Origin: Octopus vulgaris
Lineage: Eukaryota
Length of the DNA: 64,000 nucleotides
Reading direction: 5' to 3'
Assembly (NCBI GenBank): GCA_951406725.2
Contig: OX597814.1
Location: forward strand, 187,240,001 to 187,304,000
Part shown: positions 41,856 to 55,513 of the stretch, one piece after another
Position numbering within the stretch: the stretch's first letter is position 1
How the letters are laid out: each line of letters opens with the position of its first letter
Notes under the pieces: model-generated
The model's input: the letters and a program-made list of their open reading frames with translations, nothing else
What the model was told of the DNA's origin: nothing
Database searches by the model: none
Translations under genes and position numbers: made by a program

Positions 41856-42800
41856 AGAATGTGTGTGTGTGTGCATGTAACAAGTGAGCAGACATGGGAT
41901 AGCTAGGTCCCTTTAGCTCTGGGGAGGACACAGCAACCTCTCTAGTGCTGACCCCCCCCCCCCGCATACACACAACCTAGTATACTCAGTAATGTGGCTG
42001 GTGTTAGGAAAGACATCCAGTTATAAAAGCCAAACCAAAATTGAAACTTGAGTGAGATATGGTTCCCCAACTCGTCTTGAACAGTACCTCTGAACATCCA
42101 CTGGTTTCGACTGTGGCCACCCATCCAACCCACACTAGCAGGGGAGCATAAAACAACAATATGTATGTAAGCAGTGTAAGTGTGCATGTGCATGCATGCA
42201 CACACACATATATGCACACTCATGAATTCTGAATAGTCCCCATCTCTCAAATTTCATTCACAAGGCTTTTGTCAACAAAACATAATTGCAGAAGACACCT
42301 GCTGCAGCTATAGAACAAGGAGGTCAAACCCAGCGTCACGTGGTTTGAAAGTGAATTTTTTAACCACATGGCCATAACTGTACTCATGTATGTATGTTGT
42401 TGTAAGTATTAATGAAAAATCAAGTATTGCTTTTTGTGCAGACTTCAAATTCAATTTGGCAAAGCAATGGCCACAAATAGTTTTTACACAAAGAGATAGA
42501 TTAGCATCTTATTTTTAGCTTACATAACTGCAATATAATATTAATGCTTTCATTGGCAGCCACATTTTTTCAAAGACATATATTTATCTACAAAAACACA
42601 GTGTAAATGATCAATGTTTTTTCTCCTATGTCAATGAAAAATTCATATTTAGAAAAAAAAAGAGAGATGTTATAATATGTGTTTATTGAAATGGGAATAG
42701 TGTAATACATTTGTCGCATGAAAATACACTTAGAACTTCAAACAGTTTCTGTATTTAGCAGGAAAAGTGTTAAGTTAGGAAAATAGACAAGAAAGCTTAC

Positions 42801-42955
42801 CTGGATGTGTTTGCAATCATGTCCTCGAGCTGGCAAGGTTATCCTTCGGAACGTGATTGGACATTTCAAAGACACTTTCATAGCTGTCTGCTCTACACCA
42901 TCTTCTCCATTCAAAGTATTACCCCCAGCTGGAACATTGCTAAAGTTTCTTTTGA
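42801..42955 (-). CDS. ZMIZ1: ZMIZ exon, first half of the SP-RING/MIZ finger ([25 protein letters not shown])
   Basis: SP-RING signature; ttctcag / CAG|gtaagc. Confidence 0.98.
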
Positions 42956-43756
42956 CTGAGAATTCAAGAAGAAATGATTTCATTAGATGAAATAAACACA
43001 GCGTTCAAAGTAAGAAATGTCATAATATTTAACAATTAGGGCTAAAAAGCCTCTACTTTTTATTTTTTTAATTGTAAATTTAGTCTGCATTTTCAGTATC
43101 TCTCTTCTTGAGTTAATAAAGAACCTTATAATCAAGATAGTTCTGAAATATCTATTCTATTTCTATTCTTCTTAAATTATTAAACAGCTGGCCAACTAAG
43201 CTTAATCTGTTTTTATTATTTTCAAAATAATTACAGCAGTCTTTTGTAACCTGTTTAAAAGTGGTGTTTATTTTATTTTCCTGAGTAGCATAGCAATTGA
43301 CAAATAAAAGTGCAAAAAACTATGGAAATATTCACAGCAGGAGAGCTGGGCACAAGGAAACATGAGTAATTTTAAAACTCTGTTAAAATGTGGACAAATC
43401 TGATAAGTCATTGTGTAATATTATACGTAAAATGTTTAGTGCTAAAACAAAGATGAGGATTAAAGCTTTAGTTATACTGTAATTTGTTTCAGGAAATATC
43501 TTCCTTCCCAGCTTCTTCAAGTAAAACATAAGTAATTCACTAATGCTTCCTTTAGTTTACATTTTCCATCACAAATTATTCATTCTTTAACGTTTATAAA
43601 TAATAATACTTCATTTAAGATAAATGGAAGTGATAGGACTATGACAATATTGATATATTGGTGTAAATAACTTTAACTTAACTCATTTGTAAAATAAAGG
43701 AAAACAATATTATTAAAAGTCAGGTCTTAACAGCTGAAACTAGAACTAAGCTTTTA

Positions 43757-44026
<270 letters not shown>

Positions 44027-44089
44027 TTAGCATATAAACATCGATAAATAACTACTGCAAAAAAAATCATTGAAAACTTTATCCAATGG

Positions 44090-44762
44090 ACATCATCATC
44101 ATCATTTAACATTTGTTTTTCATGCTGGCATGAGTTGGACGGTTCGACTGGGGTCTGGGAAGCCAGGAGGCTGCACCAGGTTCCAGTCTGATCTGGCAGT
44201 GTTTCTACAGCTGGATGCCCTTCCTAATGCCAACCACTCTGAGAGTGTAGTGTGTGCATTTTTTTTTATGTGCCACCAGCACAGGAGCCAGAGGGGGCTG
44301 GCATTGACCATGATCGGATGGTGCTTTTTATGTGCCACCGGCACGGAAGCCGGTCAGGGCGGCGCTGGCATCAGCCACGTTTGGATGGGGCTTTTTACGT
44401 GCCTCTGGCACGGGGATCACAACTACAATTTCGATTTGATTTGATATTGCTAATGTTGATGTACTTGACTCGATAGGTTTCCTCAAGCACGGCATGTCGC
44501 CCTACGATCCAAGGTACTTTTGAGTGGGCTGATTATACGACACTGGTGTCGGTTACAGCTGTGAACTCATTTTATTTGTTGGGTCTTCTCAGTCACAGCA
44601 TATCTCCAGAGGTCTCGGTCTTTTGTCTTTGCCTCTGTGAAGCCCAACATTCAAAGGCCATGCTTCACCACCTCATCCCATGTCTTCCTGGGTCTCCCTC
44701 TACCCTGGATTCCTTCCACTGTTTGGGAATGGCAATTTCTTTAACACAGCTCTTATCCTGTG
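44090..44762 (-). mobile_element. RTE 3'-end element (family C) in a ZMIZ intron
   Basis: Colinear with 11000-11690. Confidence 0.85.
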
Positions 44763-45064
44763 TTTGAAAAGACAACCTCTCCTCCAGTACAGGTATCATA
44801 GTCACACCTGGATTTACTTTGTGTTACTATAGTAGAGGGAATTGGTAATGGCAGCAGTAACCCATTTAGATCAAAGAAACATATAAAACGATATAAATTT
44901 AGCCAACATCTTTTTTCACTTCATTAATTCCAACAAATTACACTTTAATGCATGAAACGAAAATTTGCAACATTATTCTTATAATTCCATGATTGATTAT
45001 ACCAATAGAAAAAAATTTAAGCAATGAATATAGAAGTAAACTGAAACTATAACAGGATACTTAC

Positions 45065-45275
45065 ACAACAGCATGCTGTTACTGTTATTTGTATGGTGTT
45101 TCGGCCTGGTTGGCATACATCCTTCAGATAGAGGGGCTTATGAGAAGTCTTATTTTCTCCTCGCTCTATATTAAGGGGGGTTGCATTGACACTGACCGTG
45201 ACAGATGCTGGCCAATTTGTATTCATTTGCCTATCTTCATGATGAAAACATTTCAGCTGCAGTTCAAGGTCAGAT
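45065..45275 (-). CDS. ZMIZ1: ZMIZ exon ([22 protein letters not shown]...[10 protein letters not shown])
   Basis: Highly conserved ZMIZ block; ctttttag / TGT|gtaagt. Confidence 0.97.
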
Positions 45276-45633
45276 CTAAAAAGACAATACCAGTAAAATT
45301 TGATAAAACTTTTATGATAATTTCTCACTCCACCTCTCATCATTTCAGTGCAACAAACAATATAACTCATGAATAAATTTAATTAAAATATTTGTATTGC
45401 AAAATTACCTAGTTGAAATGCAGACCAATGTATTATAAATTCTTACTGTTTTAAACTCATTAACCATTAAAACAAGCTTTCACTACACCTTCCTTTAGTT
45501 TGTAGCAGCACAAATACAGACAGAACCCCCCCTCCTCTCTCACTCATACACACACAATAGCTGACCAACAAATATTACAGAAATTAACATTAAGGATAAT
45601 GCATAGAAGAAATGAAAAAATGATGCTACTAAC

Positions 45634-45769
45634 CGCCACATAAGAGTTTGATAAACAGATTCCCGTAAGTGAAAGGCATGGTTGCTCACTGCTAAATTGT
45701 GTTCCAATCGGAACGGATGAAGTACAGTGCCATCTCGTACAGGAAACGTTAATCGGAGTTCATCATTCT
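45634..45769 (-). CDS. ZMIZ1: ZMIZ exon ([46 protein letters not shown]), not in the ORF track
   Basis: Manual translation matches the conserved [24 protein letters not shown] block; cttttcag / CG|gttagt. Confidence 0.96.
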
Positions 45770-47386
45770 CTGAAAAGACAAAGAAAATTTATTGAAGGAT
45801 GCATGTTTTTGCCTCTAATTTCATATCTATCTATCTATATACATATACACAAACAATGAGTGTCTTTCTGTCTCCATCCACCAAATCATCTCACAAGCTT
45901 TTGGTCAGCCAGAAGCACTTGCCCAAGGTACCACACAGTAAGACTGAGTCCCAAATTATACTGTTTGGAAGCAAGCTTCTTAGCCACATAACCATTCCTA
46001 TGTCTATTGCCATACCTCTACACACACATCTGTAGGTGATGGGAATGGAGTAGGTACTTATATACTACATATTTCAAAGGATACATCAAATGAATATTAC
46101 GTTACTTTAAGTGCTACACAGATGTTCAGTGTTCCTTCACCTTGGGCACTTTTCTACCTGTTGCTTATTATATTTGCATGCACACAAACACACAGAGGAA
46201 AAACTCTAAAGTTAAAGACACTAATTCATAACTTCTCACTATGAATTGGTGAAAGTGTTGTTTCTTTGCTAAAACATTATATTTATTTTTGTCTACATAC
46301 ACACCAAATTATCTTGATAGCTCTCACACTGTTCTATAGTGAAGTCCTGAAGACACAGGGATTCAATTAATAATGAATTGGGTTCGACTGGTAGTTGCAC
46401 AAAACAAAAACTAAACAATACATAACAGCTAGATAAATTGACAACTTGGCCTTAATAATCATACAACATTTTATTTTGTAATATGCTAACACATCTCAAA
46501 TAGAGGTGTGATCTTTTATTTTTTAACCCTTTTGTTACCAACCCGGCTGAAACCGGCTCTGGCTCTGTAGTACAAATGTTTTGTTTTCATAAGTTTTGAA
46601 TTAAAATCTTCCACCAAACCATGGTCACAATTTAACCAAGTTATTTTACTAAATTCTTTGTTTATATTTAAAATAATTGAAAGAAACACAGGATCTCAAA
46701 ATAAATACAGTAACGAAAGGGTTAAATGGAAACAGCACATGCCTACTACAAGCCAATGAGGTCATAATTTTGCTAGAGCTGGAAAAATTAATCAAGTTAA
46801 ATGTCAGGTGAAAAATTAATTTCACTCATTAAAAGCATCCTTGTCATTTTAGCAACTGATCATAAACATTTGACATCTCTGAAGGAGGACTTGGTTCAAT
46901 TTCAGCAAAGGATGTCAAACCATACATCATTTTAGCCCATGTTACACAACTGCTTTTACAATTATCATCAGTTTGTTCAATTTCCAAAAAACACTGTGAT
47001 ATGCATGACCTCACATCTTGTAACACTGTTTATAGCACTTAACAAGTATTTTATTGGGGCAGACTGTTAACCCAACGCATTTTCTTTTTTTTTGTTGTTG
47101 TGGTGTGTGTGTGTGTGTATGTTTTGGAAGAAGAGGTTGAACACAGTAGTGCAAGCTAACAAAATATCTGTCAATGTTACAATGCTTCTGTTGTTAATTA
47201 CAGTCAGCTGTACTACATTATGGTACCTACTTACAATAGTTATATTAGATCATGGCTACAGTAGGGCAACAGCAATAGAATACAAATTCTTATCCTTTTG
47301 CCTGTTTGTCCAGTACATTACTAAATCAACTATTTACACCCCACCCACAAACACAATCCTTTATCCTTTAAATGATAAGACTTTAC

Positions 47387-47537
47387 CTTTCTTAATAGGT
47401 AATGTTGGTTTCAAATCTTGAAACTGTGGTTTTATATCAGCACCTGGGGATACATATGGGGGTACTGCACTGCCTGGGGTCATTGGTGGTGTTGGGTTAC
47501 CAGGGAGTGGTGAGTGCTGGTAGTTCATGTTAGTTTG
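47387..47537 (-). CDS. ZMIZ1: ZMIZ exon ([17 protein letters not shown]...DIKP)
   Basis: Conserved [15 protein letters not shown] motif; tgtttcag / G|gtaaag. Confidence 0.95.
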
Positions 47538-47601
47538 CTGAAACAAAGAAAATACAAAAGTTGTAAAAAAAAAATTCAATTACAAGATATTTTAATATTT
47601 T

Positions 47602-47776
<175 letters not shown>

Positions 47777-48378
47777 CATAATATAAAAATAGCAAGCAGC
47801 AACCTTTTCATTCATCCGTCCATCCATGCGTCTGTCAATCATGAACTGAGTATCTTGGAAGTAGATTTGACCTACTTTTAGATGTCTATCAGTTGCTTGG
47901 GCCTCTAACCCAGGAGGCATTGCACTAACCTCTCCTCTTATCTGGAAGAGGAGCAAAAAAGTAAACAATGATCTCTTTACAACAATGAGCTCTACTTTTC
48001 TAAACTATGATATTTATCAATTAGTTAGACATATAATTCATAAAATAGCAATTCGAATTAAATACAATAATAATAATAATAATAAAAATAAATTTTTTTT
48101 TTTAAGATTGTAAAATTCACTTGTATATATTTTTTCCTTACAGAAAAAATATTTACCGTTAAAAAAATTTTTTTTTTATATATAACCGTTACTATGAATA
48201 GAGTAACTGCATGGGTATGTGTGTGTTTGTGAATGTATGTGTGTACGTGTAACTATGTACACATAAGTAACAGCCGTTTATAACTAGGCAAAATGTTTTT
48301 ACAATTAGATTTTTCTTTTTCAAGAAAATCAATGACTGTCTGTTTTTCTTCTTTTTCTAATTTCAGTCAGCTCCAACA

Positions 48379-48436
<58 letters not shown>

Positions 48437-49905
48437 GAGCCCAATGCTCGAACCACTGAGCCATTTGCCTTCATGTGTGTTTGTGTGTGTATCCTCTCAA
48501 AGAAATTCCAACTGAGCAGTGAGTGTTCAGTACCTCGACCTGCTCAAAAAGTTATTTCTCATATTCGAAATCCACATCTCTTTTAAATGTGACATGTTTT
48601 CATGTAAAAGTGGATGTTTATTTTCACAACAAGCATTTATAACTGCAATTTATAATATAATCACTTTCTAATAAATACATACATACTTACATTCATACAT
48701 ACATGTGTGTGTGTAAGCAAAATAAAATTTGATTCATTTCAAATTCTGGTTTTTCACAACTGTCACTTAATAGTATATTACTGTTTTTATGTCTCACCCC
48801 ACTTTTAAGTTAACGTGCAATGTCACAATTTTGCTCCAGAATAAGGCACATACACTATGCATAACTGAATGCTAGCAAGGCCTGCTCCTATTTCATGATG
48901 AGTTGTTAGAACTAGGAAATAAACAGCTATGCTGTTGTACATACAAAGAAAAAGAAAAAAAGAGGGAAAGGGTAGTTGCTCTAATAAGATCTATACTATT
49001 CATGGTTGTAAGGAATAACAGAGATTGACATAACTAAAACAAATCAATATTAATTCATAATCTGTAAGAAAGTAGCACTGATAAAATATCACCCTCAAAT
49101 TAGGGATGTTTCTATGATATTTTGCATCAGTCGTCTGACTGCAATTTCAGGTGTCAACTGGGAATGAGACTTAGTCTTTTTATTCCAAAAGAGTATTCCT
49201 TTGCACATAACATGCACCTTCTTGTTGTTGTTCCTCTTCATCACCTTTTTTATCATCCACTTTTTCATTGAGCCAGATTTGCTATAACCAGATTTCCTGA
49301 AGAAATGCATGTCAGTGAGTGTGCGTGAGAAAGAGTGAGAAATAGCTAGATAGAGAGAGATAGATAGATAGATAGACAGATAGAGAGGTAGAAAGAGAGA
49401 GACACTAAGTATCATGTAATAGTTACAAATGAGTGCCACTATCATATAAGTTTTATATAAAGGTATTTATACTTGGCCATTGTACGACAGTGATTTTCAG
49501 AAGCAAAGATTTTTGGCCCCACCCAATTCTTGACTTGGGGTGTGTTTTATTTACCGACAAATATATTATGTATATCAGTGCAACAATATAAACACGTCTC
49601 CATCCCATATTTATGTATATAAATAAATGAGGGAAGACTCAGATGATGGTAAAACAGAATTCAGATAAATCATAAACCGTCAACCAGTTTGCTGCAAAGC
49701 AACAGTGCTGACAAATCATTTGCCTAATCTCATTCATATATACACACACGTTATTCAATCACACATACATATTGTAGACATTTACAATTGATGGATAGTG
49801 GTGAGAAAAGTGGAAAGGTAGTGAAAACAAACTGCACAAAGCCCAAACCAGTTAACCAGATAAAGTTACAAAGAAAACCAGTTATAAAGTTGTAGTAAAA
49901 CCTAC

Positions 49906-50151
49906 CTGAAAATTTTGCTGTGTAGGGAACTGGTTGGGAAAACCAGGGGGTTGGGGTTGTCTAGTGGAGAATTGATTTGGCCCCATATATATATTTTGAC
50001 CATTGGAATAAGGTGGGGTAGGTCCATTAGGGCGAATGCCTTGCTGTGGTGGCCCTACATAGTTTGGTGAGGGCAAGGGTTGTTGAGTTGGAGGGTACTG
50101 TGCCTTGCCCGGGTGCTGTGGTTGGCTCCCATATGCTGTTGGTGCACCATA
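49906..50151 (-). CDS. ZMIZ1: ZMIZ exon, Pro-rich (YGAPTAYGSQPQHPGK...QPLPSPNY...QQNFQ)
   Basis: cctacag / CAG|gtagg, 246 nt, phase 0-0. Confidence 0.9.
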
Positions 50152-50785
50152 CTGTAGGTGAAAATAGATAGTGATTAAGCATAAACTAAGGATGGTGAAG
50201 GATTGCAGTATATTGGAATCTTACTTAAAACGTGGATCTGTGGAAAGCAGATGTCATTGTACATTATTATGCAATTATAATCTATTACATAATCATTTAC
50301 TTTATGTATCACACACACACGAACATATATATATATATATATATATATATCGTGTGTGTGTATGTTATGTATAACATCTACTGGAAACATTTCCTCTATT
50401 GAACACAAGGAACCTTCAATGTTTCAGTGATTTTTTTTTAAATAATTAAAATTTTTAATTAGAAACTAAAGTAGTCACATAAATTAAATGTAAAATATAT
50501 GTTATAATTTGTCTAATTTTAAAATATATTCTGTTTTAATTATTGACAAAAGATTAATTACTGATATAATTTGTAAATATATATATTATATAATTTTTAT
50601 TTACCACTATATATATATGCCCTAGAGTATATATATTAAGGTGGATATAATTTCGATGCTTATGAGAATGCAAACTTTTGTGCAATAATTACAATAAAGC
50701 TTGTGAATTATGAGTGTTACTATAAGCAAGATTAGTACTAAGATTGCAGGTGAAAGAAGCTCATCAACAAGCAAACATTCCTTAC

Positions 50786-51007
50786 CTGAGTGCCATTTGG
50801 ATATTGCTGTTGTCGTTTCTGGAGAATTTGCTGTGGACTTGGGTAGGGTGAAGCTCTCCTTTGATGATTGTACATAGTAGGCATAGTTGGCTTGCTTGGC
50901 ATCCCTCCTGGACCCGGCGGTGGACCTTGAGCCAGAGTCATACTTCCTGGAGGTGGACGTTGTTGAGGAATTCCATACTGATTATTAAAATGTTGCTGAC
51001 TTTGCAT
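50786..51007 (-). CDS. ZMIZ1: ZMIZ exon, Pro/Gln-rich (MQSQQHFNNQY...PNGTQ)
   Basis: ttttcag / CAG|gtaagg, 222 nt, phase 0-0. Confidence 0.9.
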
Positions 51008-52242
51008 CTGAAAATTAATGTGTAAAGAAAGAGAGAATTTAATTAATCTCAATTTAGGTATATCATCATCATCATCATTGTTTAACATCCGTTTTCCGTG
51101 CTAGCACGGGTTGGACGGTTCGACTGGGGTCTGGGAAGCCAGGAGGCTGCACCAGGCTCCAGTCTGATCTGGCAGTGTTTCTACAGCTGGATGCTCTTCC
51201 TAATGCCAACCACTCCGTGAGTGTAGTGGGTATATATATATATGTATATATATATAAACATATGTATAAACACATAAAAAGCTCTGCCTACTATATGGGG
51301 TGGCTGGTGTTAGGAAGGGCTTCCAGTTGTAAAAGCCATGCCAAAGCAGACACAGTACCCTGGTGGAGTCTTCTACCTGGCAGGCACCAGTCAAACCGTC
51401 CAACCTATGCCAGCATGAAAGACATACAGTAAATAATGATGATGATGATGATGATATCATGTGACTGACTGCTGTTATCATTAGTTGTTCTATCAAATGA
51501 ATCAGAAAACTAGTTGTTACTAGATCACCAATGTTTAAATTTGTTTGACTGCCTGTGTTTTAAGCTAATTAATTTAAGTAATAAACATCTGTGTATCGGT
51601 AGAACTGATGAAGAAAGAAATATCTACCGACAATATCTTGATAGTCATCTGATGCACCAGGCTACTTGTTTTTAAACGATGGAATCATTTTTAATTTATT
51701 GAGAAAGTTGGACTGCAACAACTTAGCATTTTTCTTCCTGTAACTCTAAATAGCTCTACCGCTTCTTCATCACCATCATTTATATGTACAATAGTTGGCC
51801 ACTGTACATATGCAATGAAGTAAGACTAACACACCAATTTAGCCTTCTATCTGTGAGCAACATAACTTTATTTGTCTTCAATAAAAGTTTAAAATCTTAG
51901 GTGTTAATAGGACAATAGTGCCAGAGTGAATGGCAAAGATATTATGAAGATATCAGATATTTTATGGTAGAATAATTAGGCTTTGATCAAATAAAGTGCA
52001 AAGCATGTAATCTGCAGTTTTGTTGTTTGTGTGATTTTTGCAAAGAAACTCATAAGAAACAGAATTACTGAAGAGTGTTACGTACTCATTAAAGGTGTTC
52101 ATTTATATCTTATTTAAATGAGCAAGTTGCAAAAATAATACAAACTAGCTTGTTAGAGAAAGTTTAAGTGATCTTTATATATATATTGTTTTTGGATTTG
52201 GTTTGCAAGATTCTTTATGTGAGTTCATGTGTTGAAGCATAT

Positions 52243-52433
52243 TTTGTGTTTGGGGAGAGTCATTCTCTTATAGTGCCTTATTATTTAACACACTCACTGG
52301 TAAAGTCCCTACTCATTTATTTTATCTAAAATTTTAAGAAAATATTAGGCAAAATATTTTTGCCTAAACGAGTGGAAATCGGTGAGTGTGCTAAATAATA
52401 AGGCACTAAAAGAGAATGACTCCCCAGACACAA
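52243..52433. repeat. Inverted repeat / hairpin MITE (~55-bp arms)
   Basis: gagtcattctcttatagtgccttattatttaacacactcac vs gtgagtgtgctaaataataaggcactaaaagagaatgactc. Confidence 0.85.
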
Positions 52434-52869
52434 CAATGTGTGTGTGTGTGTGTGTGTGTAAAACATTTTGTCTTTTGCAAGATCACCAGAAATCAAAGAC
52501 AAATACCAATCCTTATTTACAAGTGACTGAAACTACTAAACATACATGCTAAATATATCAGTAGAACTCAGAAGTACAACTAGTAGATAGGTATAGATAT
52601 TTGTTAAGATGCCAATATTTATAGACTGTTCATTCTAGCAAGCTACAAATAGTTTATAAGGGATATGTTTGACTTGTAAACACTTTCGTAAACTATTCTA
52701 GTAAATTTTGCAACAAATATAAATATGTACACACACACAACTACTCAAAGCTATTATTATTTATTTAAGAATTTAAAACTCAACAAAAAACACCTAAATG
52801 AAGTAATTTCCATCTCTATGCAATTGTCAGCGTATTTTCGTTTTTAACTGTTATCTAAAAATGAAAAAT

Positions 52870-53030
<161 letters not shown>

Positions 53031-53879
53031 AAATTATCAACTGTGTTTTGTTTTTTACACATTGAATCTATAAATTGGTTGCTCTGTATGTATATATGCA
53101 TCAAACGTAGCAAGTGTAAGAAACTCACAGAAGAGAAAGACCAAATAAGATGTACGAAAATGAAGTGAGATCTGATCTCAGGAAGATGAAGGATTATAAA
53201 GAATGGAGAGACACTATCAACCTCAATAAAAACAGAGAAAGAGAGAAAAAGATAGAGAGAGAGTACAGGCACAGTAACTATTTTAGATGTTTGTGATAAA
53301 GTTTCAAAGAAACAGACTGATAAATAAAGTCGGTATTTAGAAAGGTTAGCAAGTATGTACGTGTACACAAACACACACAAGTTTATATGGTTTTGCATAT
53401 TTTGATATTTGTAAGAATTATTCGGTCAACACTTCTATAGAGTAATGGCTTCTAATGCTAACTATAAAGAGCGAATTCTGGCTATTTTTAGCTGTGTGGG
53501 GGTCGATTTTATCGACCCACTCCTGTTCCCCAAACTGCTGGCCTTGTGCCTAAATTACCAACTGCTACTACTACTATTACTACAACAACAATAACACCAA
53601 CCAATAGAACTAAAACAGTTTTCTAAGCAGTTTCTCAAGAGGCAAATTGTAAAGTTTCCATTATTTATATATAATCTTGAAACGTACTTTCATTTATAGT
53701 ATCTGAAAAGGTTATATACATATATATATGTATCATCAGCATCGTTTAACGCCTTGCTTGCCATGCTAGCATGGGTTGGACGATTTGACTGAGGGCTGGC
53801 GAACCAGATGGCTGCACCATGCTTCAATCTTGATCTGACAGTTTCTACAGCCGGATGCCCTTCCTAATGCCAACCACTC

Positions 53880-53944
<65 letters not shown>

Positions 53945-53945
53945 T

Positions 53946-54384
53946 AACCAAGACATCAAAAAGAAGAAATAAGAATTATACATCTTCAAAATATATTTAT
54001 TAAAGCATTATTCTGAATCAAATTCCAATCCAACACATGTTTCTGCTGGGCAAGTATCCTAGTGTCTATTGATGTAGCAGTTATGTGCATTAGTTGATTT
54101 AAATTTTAATCAGTTGCAGTACATATTCGTACCTATGCTGCTTTGTCCAAGGCTTTTATCCTGCATGGGCAAAACCTTCAACAAAGCTGTATAGGAATGT
54201 CTACCCTAGATGAATATGTACTGCAACTAATTTAAATTTAAATCAACTATTGCAGATAACTGTCACATCAAAGGATACTTATCCAGCAGAAACACATGTC
54301 TGACTGGAATTTGATGAAAATAATGCTTTAATAAATAAATCTTGAAGATGTCTAATTCTCCATTCTTCTTTATGGTATTTTGGT
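53946..54384. repeat. ~440-bp imperfect fold-back palindrome
   Basis: ~53946-54130 pairs with ~54209-54384; the centre is also self-complementary. Confidence 0.9.
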
Positions 54385-55272
54385 TCCCAACCACACAGTT
54401 CCAGGTTTAGTCCCACTGCATGCACCTTGGGCAAGTGTCTTCTACTATAGCCGCGGGCTGAACAAAGCCTTGTAAATGGATCTAGTAGACAGAAACTGAA
54501 AGACACCCATTGTGTGTATATATGTGTGTGTGTTTCTGCCCCAATAACTTAGTGGTTCAGCAAAAGAGACCAACAAAATAAGTACCAGGTTTAAAAAGCA
54601 AGTACTGAGCCAATTCATTTGGCTAAAAAAAATAATAAAAAAATTCATGGCTGCAGTCTAATGACTGGAACAAGTGAAGGGTAAAAGATAATCTATATGC
54701 TGTAAGAAATCCAACAAAATGAACTCAGGATTTGCCTATTGAGTGAAGTACCGTTTAACTTAGTTGTAAAGGATTCTGCATGTTCCCTATCATTCAATGT
54801 AAAGTTTCATATATACATACAGGTTAATCAGATTGGGATTATATAGCAGAGCGCTAATAAGGAATGTACTTGGATTCCAAATCCCTATTCCTTCACATTA
54901 TATATATATGTATGTATGTATGTATGTGTGTGTGTGTGTGTGTGTGTATAAAACCTTTTAGCATTCAGATTACTGAATCAAATGTGATGTTTGCTTATTC
55001 ACATCTTTTAAAATTAATCCTGTATTATCTTGTAGCTTTGAGATTTTGAGGATGTGATTGTTTATTTTTAGATTAACACTGTAGGGTAGGTGTGAAAGGC
55101 TGGATCTGGCCAGTTTGGACATAAAACAGGTAGAATATTTGGGCCAGATCTGGCTGCTAATGGGACATATATAGATATATAGACTCACACACAAATATAT
55201 ACACACAAACAATTAATTATATGCATGTATAACCAATATATGTTCAGTCTGTAGAAGAATCTATCACCATAC

Positions 55273-55513
55273 CTGTACTTGGGGACCATACTGATTGTTC
55301 ATGTTCATATTCATGTTCATATTCATCTGTTGCTGCTGGTTCTGTTGCTCTTGGATAGCTACCATGCTGGCTGTGGCTGTGGCTGTAGCTGTGGCAGTGG
55401 CAGCCGCTGCCACCAGAGCAGCAGACAGCGCTGCTGGAGCAGCTGGGTATTCATTATTGCCGGACATCTGGGAAGGGTTAGAACCTGGAGTATTTGGAGT
55501 TGGAGGGTAACCA
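55273..55513 (-). CDS. ZMIZ1: ZMIZ exon with the alanine-rich motif AALVAAAATATATATATASMVAIQE
   Basis: ttttcag acceptor, CAG|gtatgg donor; the Ala/Thr tract is a hallmark of ZMIZ1/2. Confidence 0.95.
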
